A DNA stretch of 64,000 nucleotides, taken from the NCBI GenBank assembly GCA_964187785.1, contig OZ076413.1, forward strand, positions 47,120,001 to 47,184,000, in the 5' to 3' direction. The notes under the pieces were generated by a model that ran no database searches, had not been told where the DNA came from, and saw only the letters and a list, made by a program, of their open reading frames with translations. The position numbers and the translations under genes are program-made. Origin of the DNA: Amphiscolops sp. MND2022. Taxonomy: Eukaryota. Positions 51,480-62,200 of the stretch are shown piece after piece. Numbering within the stretch: the first letter of the stretch is position 1; each line of letters opens with the position of its first letter.

Positions 51480-52402
51480 GATTGGTGTGTTTTTCTTTGG
51501 AAATTCGAACTCAAGATGACTTCAAGTGCTCGTCGGCGGGATTTTTTCTTATGTAGAATTTCGGTTATAAAATCATCCCGAGTCGTTGCAGCTGCCCTTC
51601 GTCGAATTTTTCCAAGCGTGCTTCCGAATGCTCAAAGATTGCAGAAACGCCTGCAATTGATCTGTTGAAACGAATCAGATAGAATTATGTTTCCGAAGAC
51701 ACATAAAAATCGCATACTAAATTTAGTTTTTCTCTGCCTCCAGAGTGGATCAAATACTTCGATCGCTTTCCAAAATAGCTCCTGAGTTTTTTACAGTGGT
51801 TTCGTGAAAATCTCTTTTGTAGTCATATCCACGGATCAGGTTCATTGCGGGCCCTGTCACCAAAGTTTGCAGATAGTCATCTTTTTGGCATTTGTCATGT
51901 CCGAGCTACCTACTGTGGCTGTGAAATGGGCAATTCATTTTATAAGCATTTCAGTGGATTTCCGTCGTACTCTTTAGGTTGACTGTCAGTAGTGACGGTT
52001 TGAATGATCTTGACATTGAACATGTGGTTGTTGTCGTTGAATTTGAAGCTTCTTGGGACATTTTTCGTAAAAGTTTCGCTTCAACAGTTTGATTTTGAAG
52101 AGTTGTGCTTGTTTTCGACGGTTTTCTTGAACTGAATAAATAGCTGTCGTACGTCATCTTGAGTGTTCTTATACTGCTCTGTATGTTCTTCGTGGACTGA
52201 AGATCTGTCGGACTTTACAATCATATCTTTTGTAGTTTTTTCTAGCTCTTTTAGCTTCGCATTAATTTCATGGATGATTTTTTCATTTTCGTCAATGCAC
52301 TTTCTCACAAAGTTTTGCGAGCTATTGATTTCTTTCCTGCTTAATAAGTTTCGCAACGCAATTTTTTCTTGCAGTTGCTCCTCTGCCTTTTTTGTTGACC
52401 AT
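51480..52402 (-). pseudogene. BEL/Pao gag remnant (coiled-coil N-terminus plus DUF1759-like capsid region)
   Basis: Coiled-coil ORF 52081-52356. With small frameshifts, 51975->51765 reads KEYDGNPLK..*IAHFTATVGSSDMTNAKKM.YLQTLVTGPAMNLIRGYDYKRDFHETTVK.LRSYFGK, matching the BEL/Pao gag pattern FDGNPLxWxxW..F..TV....K..YLQTLVTG.A...I.GY...Y..A...L...FG. Confidence 0.85.
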
Positions 52403-52587
52403 TTGTTCCAAGTAACTTGTTAAGTTCAATTCAGTTTCTCAGCGATTGTGTTTTAGATACTTGGTTCTTCAAACAAGAAAAATAAGGTTGACAAGAGTTC
52501 TCGACACTTTCTACAATTCGATTCCAACGTTAACCGTAGTTTCATGTTTGATTTTCAAAGTTTGAGTCTTGAAGAATTGTCAACTGT

Positions 52588-52605
52588 GTTCCCTGTTGGA
52601 CGCCA
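52588..52605 (-). other. tRNA-Lys-like primer-binding site of the BEL/Pao element
   Basis: Minus strand ...CCCCATACA-TTC-TGGCGTCCAACAGGGAAC, i.e. CA end, 3 nt spacer, then an 18-mer close to the tRNA-Lys3 PBS TGGCGCCCGAACAGGGAC, ~190 bp upstream of the gag start. Confidence 0.72.
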
Positions 52606-52608
52606 GAA

Positions 52609-52830
52609 TGTATGGGGAATTTTGTTCTAATTGGAATAAAGGGGGAAAATGTCCTATCTCTCAAATAAAGAAAGGTCTATTTTAAGGTCTTTTTTGGAGT
52701 TTGGCGTGGCTTGAAGAACTGGATGTGAGTCGCATAAACAACCTGACGTTAATTTATTAACAAACTTCATGAGTCAAAGAGTCTTTCACGACCTTTGAAA
52801 AATGGTAAAATTAGGCAAACTTGTAGACAA
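52609..52830 (-). repeat. Probable 5' LTR of the BEL/Pao element (outer boundary uncertain)
   Basis: Ends in CA immediately before the PBS; minus-strand AATAAA at 52753-52758. No partner LTR found in the window, so the length is a guess. Confidence 0.42.
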
Positions 52831-52917
52831 TTGGGTGGATTTGCACATTTTGTAATGAAAATTGTTTTTTCAATCATACTTTTACCGATCTAAGTTAATA
52901 TGCGCTAATTTTTCAGG

Positions 52918-53200
52918 TCAAGAAACGACGTTTGAATCAGACTCATGTTTGTCTTCAATGTAATGTTTCAAGTTCGTTTCCATAATCTCCGAATACATTT
53001 TCGATTGACCATTACTTGAACCACGGTTTCAACATTGCTCTCATCATTCCGGAGTATAGCTGCCCATACTGGCAGTTGTTGGCAAATTTTATTTATCCGA
53101 GCGTATTTCACCAAAGACGGAGTCGTTTTGCGATCACTTAAAAGTGTGCACGTTATTTCCTTGTACGTTTGAATTGGTCCAAGTAAAGTGCTATTCATCA
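52918..53200 (+). pseudogene. Decayed C2H2 zinc-finger-like exon
   Basis: Follows an acceptor-like TTTTTCAG. Reads HVCLQCNVSSSFP*SPNTFSIDHYLNHGF...EYSCPYW (CxxC..HxxxH then CPY), with stops. Confidence 0.27.
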
Positions 53201-55008
53201 TTCTTAACTGCTTCTTTCATAAAACTACTTTCGCACGAGTTTGTTCAATTTGATTGCATCTGATTGCTGATTGCGGATCGACTGCAGTAATCTGCATCGA
53301 TGCTAAAACCCTATTCTGTACTTTCAGAATTCTCCTAATTGTTTAGGGCGCTCACTTGTTGCTTGCGGGCACATTATCGTTGACTAACTCCGTTGTTATG
53401 ATTCAACAATTTCCGGAATTTCAGCTTTTCGATGTGAGTTATTTTGCGGCTGTGACCACTAGAACCCATTTTTTAGCCACCAGTTAATCTCTTCTGAATC
53501 AGGAAATATGTTGTTTTACTGTTCGCTCGGACACATCATAACAGTCCAGGAGAGATGCAACATATTTCGCTCCTATGTCCGTATTTTTGCCACAAAATGC
53601 CCATGGTAGTTCCAAGTTTTTTCCCAGATATCTTCTAATCATCGTCATCCATTATTTGAATTGATTTGCCAAGATAAAAATCAAAGCTTTCGAAATGTTG
53701 AAATAAAAACCGGAAATGAAAAGTTTTTACGTCCTTAATGTTCAGATTTTTTTGCTGCCACATACCTCATCATCAGGTCGACCAATTTTTTGACAGTATT
53801 TTTCATTTGAATGATGGTCGGTTTTCACATCTAACCGGTCCGGTGACATCTCAGTTACTGTTGCGTGTCTAAAAAATTCTACTAAAAGTGTTCTTTGTTA
53901 ACCTGTTGTTAACCTCATGAGTGCTACTGAACTGTTTCTCAGGTGTTGAAGCGCCGTTTAGGTGTGTTAATCGAAGTCGGCGCGGAATATGATTCCCTGG
54001 TGTTTGATACCATACGCTACCACGTGAGAAACCTTTTCCTCATCGATCGAAATAGTCATGGAACGGTTTAACTTGGAGTTTCCATCCGTATGTGGGTATG
54101 CCCAACTATAATACCAAATATGCTTTAAAAAGAGAATCAACGTTCGTCTCAAAAAAGCTTCATAATGCTCTGTGTGCAGGAGTAGGGTGTTGATGTAGTT
54201 CTGCATTACTTTAACCATCGGCTTTCAATCTTGTTGTATTGACGGACTGTCCATCTGCATCATTCAGTTTTTGATGGGTGACCAATTTCAAGATAGGAAT
54301 ATCAACATTTACTGTCTACAGCACCTCAGACACGAAATATTCTGACTTTTCCGTGCCTCTTCACTGCGGCAAATTTTGCTGATGGAAAATAGCCTGAAGA
54401 TCATCGTAGACTCTCCTTTTGAAATCATCTGTGTTAAAAACTAAGTTAATGCTCCCGGGAAATTCCTGGTCTAATTTTCTGGGACCCTTTAATCCAATTC
54501 CCATGGGATGCAATTTGAGTTTCCCTCTTGATGCCATTCTCTTGGCTGTCTCGCTGTGGATAAATGTTACGAGGATTTAAAAATGCTACAATGTATCAAC
54601 ATTAAGGTTTATGGTCTGTAACCGTTCTTTTTTGCTTGGTTGTTCACTTAGAATTTCGTTCTGATAAATAACTGATTAATACTGATACTAATGAACTTGT
54701 TATTTTCACAGTTGACAATATATATCAAGTTGCGTTGGGGACCAGGCTTTAGACTACTGCCTCAATCCTTTTACGGAACTGTAAATTCGAGTCACTGAGT
54801 GACCCTGGTTTTGTGAAAAATACTGCTCCCATTTACTGTGTTGTTAAAACCCAGTTTCGATGCTTAATATACAGATACTTTTACGGGCGCGATCAATATT
54901 TCTGCATTTTTCTCTGCTCAGACTTCGTCCCAAACAGTACTTGTACTCGTAATTTGAAGATTTCAAAAATGAAAGTTCATTGTCTTTTCAGTTTGATCCT
55001 GTATCTAA

Positions 55009-55333
55009 ATGGATGTCCAGTACGGCTCTGCTCGACGGACTCCAGCTCCGCGCCATTCCACCACTGCAGCCAATCGCATACCACTTGGTTCGCGCCCTCA
55101 AACACCAAGTTTTGGCGGAGGCAACCTCATTCCACCTATGCCCCCAAGTCCGAATAGGCCCCAGATGGGAGCAATGGGAATGGACCCCAGGGGTATGAGA
55201 ACCCCTACTGCGAGACCTCAATTGGGTCAACCACCTCGTCCGCTTCTAGTATCACCAGTCTACGGCAATGCCACTCCGGGTGGAGGAGCAGGAGTTAGAC
55301 CAAATATGGGCAATCGTGCCTCCTACCCACAAG
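55009..55333 (+). CDS. Coding exon 1 of large multi-zinc-finger protein (Pro/Gly/Met-rich N-terminus)
   Basis: ATG at 55009 preceded by in-frame stops; acceptor at 54990-54991 implies an upstream UTR exon. Donor CAAG|GTTGGA at 55333/55334 is phase 1 and joins 56280 in frame (PQ-G-SPSFG); composition continues seamlessly. Confidence 0.82.
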
Positions 55334-55773
55334 GTTGGATCATTTTTATAAAAAAACTGCACTTCCATTATTTCAATAACAGAATGAGACTAATGACTTA
55401 GGAATCAATCATCTTTATTTTTCGTTATCTGAGGGGATTTTTTGGATTCCTTTCCTCCACCATTTTTTGCCAACAGAATGTACTTTCCACTGGAACTAGA
55501 GGTTGAGGCGAGTTTCTGTGAGTGATGAGTGAGTTCGGAAATCTAGAGGGTAGACCAAATTTTCCAGTTTTGGAAATTTTTCGGCACTGTGCGACTCACC
55601 AAAGAATTTTCCAACACTTTTTTTCAAGACAATTTTTGTGTTTTGAGGTTTCCTGTTTACAAAACACGTTTTCTTAACCTAAAAGGTCACACCTCTGGGT
55701 AATTGCGACACACTATTTCTGGAAATAGTTTTAGTCGTTTCCTTCATTTAAAATTTTCAAGCAATTCTCATCT

Positions 55774-55899
55774 GAGATATACGATCATTTGCTAAGATAT
55801 CTGTCCGGACTGATTACATCAAATCTCCGGATACCGGGTCGACATCTTGCTGAAATCTGGCCGGATTCGGGACCGGACTTGATGTCCGATACACCCCTA
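55774..55899 (-). mobile_element. hAT-like terminal fragment in the intron
   Basis: Minus strand begins TAGGGGTG; ATCCGG-rich; homologous to 9588-9683. Confidence 0.45.
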
Positions 55900-56279
55900 G
55901 TTGTCATGTTTGGAACTTGTGGAATGAACGATGGAATAGCTATTTTTTGTGGCTCCCATCTGAAAAATTTATAGTGGGCGCTTTGTGAAACAGAACGAAA
56001 ATTCTGCAATACCTCTAAGATCTAAGGAGGAGCAAAGAGATTTAAAGGGTCCTCCCATTCATTTCTTCGAAAATATTTGTTAAAGTTTCAGACTTGGAAA
56101 GAATTGTTCCTTTTGGTGGCACGCCAATCATTTTGGAGTTTGATTTTTACTTCCAAAATTTAATGGCATAAGTGGTCAGAAAAACAAATTTTTATCTATC
56201 TTCGCGCCTATTGAAAGTTTTTTCTGCTACACTTATGATCAATAACGTTTCTGTTAAATTTTCTTATGCGTGCTTTTAG

Positions 56280-59200
56280 GTTCACCATCGTTTGGTAACT
56301 ATGGACCTCCAACTCCTATGCGTAGCATTGGGCCACCTGGTAGCCAGAATATAGCTCAATTCCCTCAAGCTTCTAATAACATGACACCCATGATGCCACC
56401 TCGTAGTGCTCCTGCGCCTAGACCTTATATGCAAAATGCGATCACTCCTAGGCCTTACGCACAAGGTGCCCCTCGTACAACGACTCCATACATGCAAAGT
56501 GGCACTGCAGTTCAAATTGAACCAATGCCTCAAGAGTTTTTCAAAATTCCTGGTTTCCCGCCTCCACCAAAACCCGTTGCAGCATCGGAGCAGAAACCAC
56601 AGAACACTCTTCAAAGTTACGGTAGCTCCCGTCAACAAGGATCTGAAGTTGAATCCCCAAAGAAGAAAGAAGAACCAGTGGGAATGATTGATATTGAAAA
56701 GTACAGTAAGTTAGTTGGATGGGATCGGCTCTCCAGAGCTCCAGATGATGTTGTCGTTGGACTTCTCAACGCTATCTACGACAGCGTAACTGAAATGTCA
56801 GATTTGACATCTGAGAAGAGAATTCATGAGCTTGTCAAACTCTTGAAAGAGTATCTAACCTTGCTTCTGGTTCCAACTTTTGAGTTTCAGAAGTACTTCG
56901 AGCAGTATTTGAACAGACTCATCAAAGATCAGAACTGGATCTCAATGACTACAGCCCAAGCTCTGTGCATTTCAGTGGCAACTCCTGATGATGATTCACG
57001 CTTGAATAAAGTGAACCGAAAGTTTTTCTGCAGTTATTGTACTCTCAGCTACAGCTCTGCCAAGTTCACCTGTAAGTTCTGCTTGGCATCCTTTAAGCAC
57101 GTATCCGATTTGCAAGCTCACGAATTCGAAGCCCATAACAAGCTGAGTTCATTTCTGTTTGTTTGCGAAATATGTCAGCAAAGTTTCCCTCAAAATCCAA
57201 TGCAGTTGCGTGATCACATGTATGAACGACATATTTGTTCCCGCAAACATTTCGAGTGCCCGTATGGATGCGAAAAGCTTATCTTGGAAATGAGTCAGCA
57301 TTCGTATAAGGATCACATCAAAGCTGTGCATCAATGCTCTAAATGTAAAGACGTAGTTCAAGGAAGCATGGATGAACATAACAAAATGTTCCATAACGAG
57401 GAAAGAGCTAGGAAGAGGTCCCCAAGTCCGGATAGAAGAAAGCAGGATGAAAGCAGGTTATCTCAAGGTTCACACAGTCGAGATAGACACAAGCATGGTT
57501 CTGAACGATCGCATAGACTGATTGAACGAGAACCATCAGATCGGGGTTATGATAGAGATCGAGACTTCAACAGAGGCAGAGGCATGGAAAGAAGCCGTGA
57601 CTACGATGAATACGAGGATAAAATGAAACATGCTTCCCGAGGTATGGAAGGCAGCCGACGGTACGATGATATTGAGGAGAGACAGATGTCACCGCCCAGA
57701 ATGATAGGGTCTAGCCGAAGAACGAGAGGCACTGAAGGCTTTGAAAAGTTCAATACTAGTACGATCGATGACACTGAACTTGCCAAAGCACAGCAGACGC
57801 TCAGAGAAATGCAGCGGGCTAAAGAACTTTTGGAAGCGTCCGAGAACAGTTTCCAGAATGAAATGGAACGCTTTGATTACGTAGATCCCCCAGGGAAAGG
57901 AACGTGGCCGCAATGCAAAACGTGCAAACTGCAGCAACCACCGGGAGGTTTTAAGTGTACGAAGTGCAATTTAGTGCTGTCTCATCGCGTCTTCTTGTTC
58001 AAGCACATGCAGGAGGTTCACAAAATGCTGATGCCCAATTCGTTTGAGTGTGAAATGTGCCCCAAAGTGTTCTCCAGTCTGAGTATCTTGGTTTATCATG
58101 TAAACAAAGAGGCGCATGCATGTACGAGCGATCATCTCCAGTGTACTTATGGCTGTCTCAATTTGTTTCAAAACAAGCATTCTTTGGATGCGCATACTAA
58201 CGCGAAACATGAGTTCATGTGTCATATATGCGAGGCACCCGTCGTGAACCAAACTAAAAAGAGACATTTCGCAATCTACCACCCTGGGGAAAAGGTCACA
58301 GCACCCTCTGAACACCAGCAAACTCCGATGGAGCAAGTAGAAGTTGCCACTGCTGCGTCAACCCCTTCGCATAACGAAGCTGTTGGTAAATTCCCTAAAA
58401 CGTTAACTCTGGCACCTAGGACCCACAACAATATGAGGCAGTCATATTTGAATCTAGCTAGTAACAGATTGGAAACTCTTCTCTTCATCCCCCCGCCTTT
58501 GTTGAATGACAAATCGTTTGCAAGCAAAACGAAGACTCAGTTGATCAACATGGGCTTCATGCATTGCCGATCATGTGAGATCATATACCATCCTGTGCTT
58601 GTGAGCTGCAAACTTTGTGGAGAAACATTACTCAACAACAATTGCTTGAACGAACATTTGGTGGAAGTGCATAAGCAAAAAGAAATGGTGGGCTTCAAGG
58701 AGTGTGCGGTGATGCAATGTGGCGCTAAACTGCCGAACTATAAGATGTTGATAAACCACCAAGTTGAGCATTTCTGCAGAGAGCATACGGAATGTCCTTT
58801 TGGATGCAAGCAATTGATCGCGGGCAGTGAGTCAGCTGTAGTTCAACACTGCATCCAAGGTCACCCCAATAAGGAGATTCCCAAGTTTTCAACTACATCA
58901 TCTGAGCGAGAACGTCAGGACAATGATTTTGTTGATAGGAACACTGAATATGTCAGCTTGAACAAGCTTCATAAGGAATCGGAGCAGCAATCCAGGTCGC
59001 TTGATCAATCAAGTGACATGGACTTCGATGTGTGTCTCAAATGCATAACTTGCAGTTTCATGTGTTTCGAAGACAGTATGAGAACGTGTGATGTATGTCC
59101 TGCTGATAATTCCTTCAAATGCGGCGATCTTGACGAACTCAAATGGCATTTAGCCAGTTTTCACGATTTATTCATGCAAGGCGAGTTTGTATGTGTCCCA

Positions 59201-62200
59201 TGTACCAAAAAAAATCATGCCCCGGTCAAATTCACTGATGACGTAATGAGGTTTTTGGACCATCGACATAAAGCCCATGGAGTGTGTAAAGTTCATGAAC
59301 GGTGTTCTAATTCACCGTGCACTGCTATTTTTGACCCAAAATCTCCAGATGCTGAAAGGCACGTCAAGTTCTTGTGCCAATTCATCAAGGAAACCACTCA
59401 ACCGAAAATTTCGGAAGGCGTTGCTTTGGAATGTACTCGATGGAGCATGTGTGTCAAGTGCAAGTTCACAGCCGAGATTACAAAAGCGTATGAGTGCATC
59501 AACTGTGAAAAACCAAAAACGTTCTACGTGAGAGAAGAGTACTATGCTCATCTTGTAACTGCACATTCCTGGAAAACAGAGCATATTTTTTCGTGTTTTG
59601 TTTGCAACTCGCAGTTTGGAAGCAATGCCAAAGCCTGGTTGAGTCATAGACAACAGAACAAATCTCATAGTATGTGTGACCAGCATGTAATATGCGACTC
59701 TACGGACTGCATTTGGATGGCCCCAAATCGCAGTGAAATTGAAACACATCGAAGAGCTCAAAAATGCCAAGATCACAAGCTTGATGGCATAATCCGGGAC
59801 ACTAAAATTTGCCATGTTTGCTCTCAGATTTTCTCAGACGGAGTGATCTTTCAATGTGTGCTTTGTTTGAAAAACAAGCAACAATTTGTGTCCGTTCTAG
59901 AGTACTTGGTTCACATCGAAAACATCCATGACCGAAAGATTGCTGGGAACTTCGATTGTCTGGAATGCCGATCTTACACCGCTCTGAGTCCTTATGAGCT
60001 TTCAAGGCACAACTATACCAAACATAAAAAGTGCCAATCTCACAAGTTCTGTCCAAACAGCTCGAAATGCCCCGTTATGTTTCCTTTCGAGAGCTACAAC
60101 ATGATGCATCAATGTACGTTTGTGAATGAGTCACCAATCAAATCTTTGGCAGAGTCCCCTTCCAAATCGCAAAGCGGCAGACAAGTCAGCGTTTGCACTT
60201 CCCTCTCAGATGCAAGGAAATTGACTACTGTAGAAATGGACGTGCAGGATAATGGAAACGACACTCAATCTAAATCTATCATAATCTCGAAGATCAATGA
60301 TAAAGCTGTGGATCCAATCGATTCCCCCGGAAAAAGCGAGAGCCGAACTTTGGGAAGTAATGCGAGATTTTCCGGCGACTCTAGTAAATTTTTTGAAGGC
60401 ATTGGGGCACCAACACATAAGCCCTCAGAGCCAGTAAAAGTTATTAGAATTTTGCCAAAAACTATAATAAACATCGACGATGATAGCCCTGACGACGAGA
60501 AAGAAAAGTGTCGGGAGAAAGAAAAGTGTCGGGAGAAAGTAAAGGAAACTGTCAGTGACGGCGAAACCCGTCTTCCTGATCGATATCAAATTGCTAAAGA
60601 AGGCAAAAGTAAGTTGTATGTTTGCAGCCATTGTAATTACAGGTCCATCTTACCGCCGCCCGGGAAGTTCAAAGGGGATATGAAGTGCAAGCAAAGAAAT
60701 TGTGGCTTGATCTTCCATCAAAAATTCGAACTTGTTTCTCACTTGGAATTGGCCCATGACAAACCTCTGCCCCCTGTAAAGTTCAAAATAACATGTGAGT
60801 TCTGCAGAGATGAGAAAGTGGCCGTTCCATTCGCTCACAATCTCAGCATCCCGCTTTGTGAGCATAGAAAGTTGGTGCATGGATGCTGCAGAACTCATAT
60901 AGTTTGCCCTGTCGAGAACTGTTCGACTCTTCTACCGACTCGAGATGCTTTGGAGAAACACAAGAAAGAAGATTGCTGTGAAACTTTGTATGTCGCTCTG
61001 GAAGGCGAGCCCTCTAGTTCCGAGAAATTGGATTCGTGGAAAAAACAAGTTAAGTCTAACAGTTCCGAAAAAATCGATTCATGGGGAAAACGAGGCGAGT
61101 CCACAAGCTCCGAAAAATCGGATTCTTGGTCGAAACGAGGTGAATCTTTGTCCGCATGGAAGAAATCGAAGCCTTCTTCGGATAATCCCCAAGTAATTGA
61201 CATTGATGATGATATACCGCCTCCTCCGAAACTGATTGACATCAAGACTAGTAAAATAGAAACTTTAGTTCTCAAATACGGATCTAAAGATTCTCAGCCT
61301 TTCAAACTGTTTGAGTGTCTCGAATGTGCTCGTAAGTTTGCTTGCATGACTATATACCGTTGTAATCAATGCCCTGACAGCATTTCCCTGTCATCTAGAT
61401 CTTTTGTGAATCTAGTTGAGTTCTTTGCTCATTTAAAGGATGTTCACAAAATAGACACGGAAATTGAACACTCATGTGCTTTATGCAGCTCTTTCCGTGG
61501 ACCCGCGTACAATCTTCAAAAACATGTGGAGCAACGTCATAGAGTATGTGGTCATCATTTCCTGTGTCCCAATATGTGCAAGTATCTCTTCGATGACAAG
61601 CAAAAGCTGTTGGACCATATTCAGAGCGGAACATGCCAGGGTCCTTCAAGCTCGCCATCTAGCGGTGATAAAAGGAAAGGGGCTGATGTGTTCTATGAAG
61701 AAGACGCCCCAGTCCCAAAGAAAGTATTCGAAAGAGTGGGTACTAAAAAGGAAAACGAGATAAGTCGCTCAAAACGTTCTGCTGAGAAAGGCGGTTCTAA
61801 CAAGCCGCCCGCCAAATGGGACGACATGATGGCAAATATTGTGGCGGATATTGATGGGTTTTGGAGTGACGAAGATGGAACGGAAGTTGCTAGAGATGAG
61901 ACGGATAAAATGTCTAGCCTTGTTGAAGAAATGAAGAACAAGGAGATGGAAGTAACGGAAGAAGAAAAAGCTGACAAGGACTCTCCGAAATCTGACACAA
62001 AGAATGACGAAGCAGAGAATATCGAAGAAATGGATCCTCAAAAAATTGTACTCGTGGAAGAGGAATCTCCTGTGAAACCTGTTGTTGTTTGCACCAAACC
62101 AGAAGATACCGAGGACGCTGGGAACGATGAAATAACTGAAAACAATGACGTTAATAATGAAACGGAAGAGAATAACCACGAGCAAACGGATGAAACTGAA

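Larger units (their letters stand above)
12040..51740 (-). repeat. ~40 kb tandem macrosatellite derived from BEL/Pao retrotransposon gag-protease
   Basis: Landmark GAGATTGAGTCCATGTC (diverged in the last three copies) recurs at 12686, 15467, 18262, 21055, 23325, 25610, 27886, 30166, 32521, 33909, 35296, 36680, 38957, 41150, 44207, 46671 and ~49227. Identical ORFs recur at the same spacing. Confidence is very high for the array; the BEL origin is supported by alignment to 51480-52402 (about 0.75). Confidence 0.96.

Noticed and set aside
12040-51740. Array as one giant intact repetitive protein gene
   Set aside because: Every unit has multiple stops and frameshifts in all frames, many shared among copies; the longest ORFs are under 150 aa.
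12040-51740. CRISPR array or other prokaryotic system
   Set aside because: No short repeat-spacer structure; units are kb-sized and the window has spliceosomal introns and eukaryotic retrotransposons.
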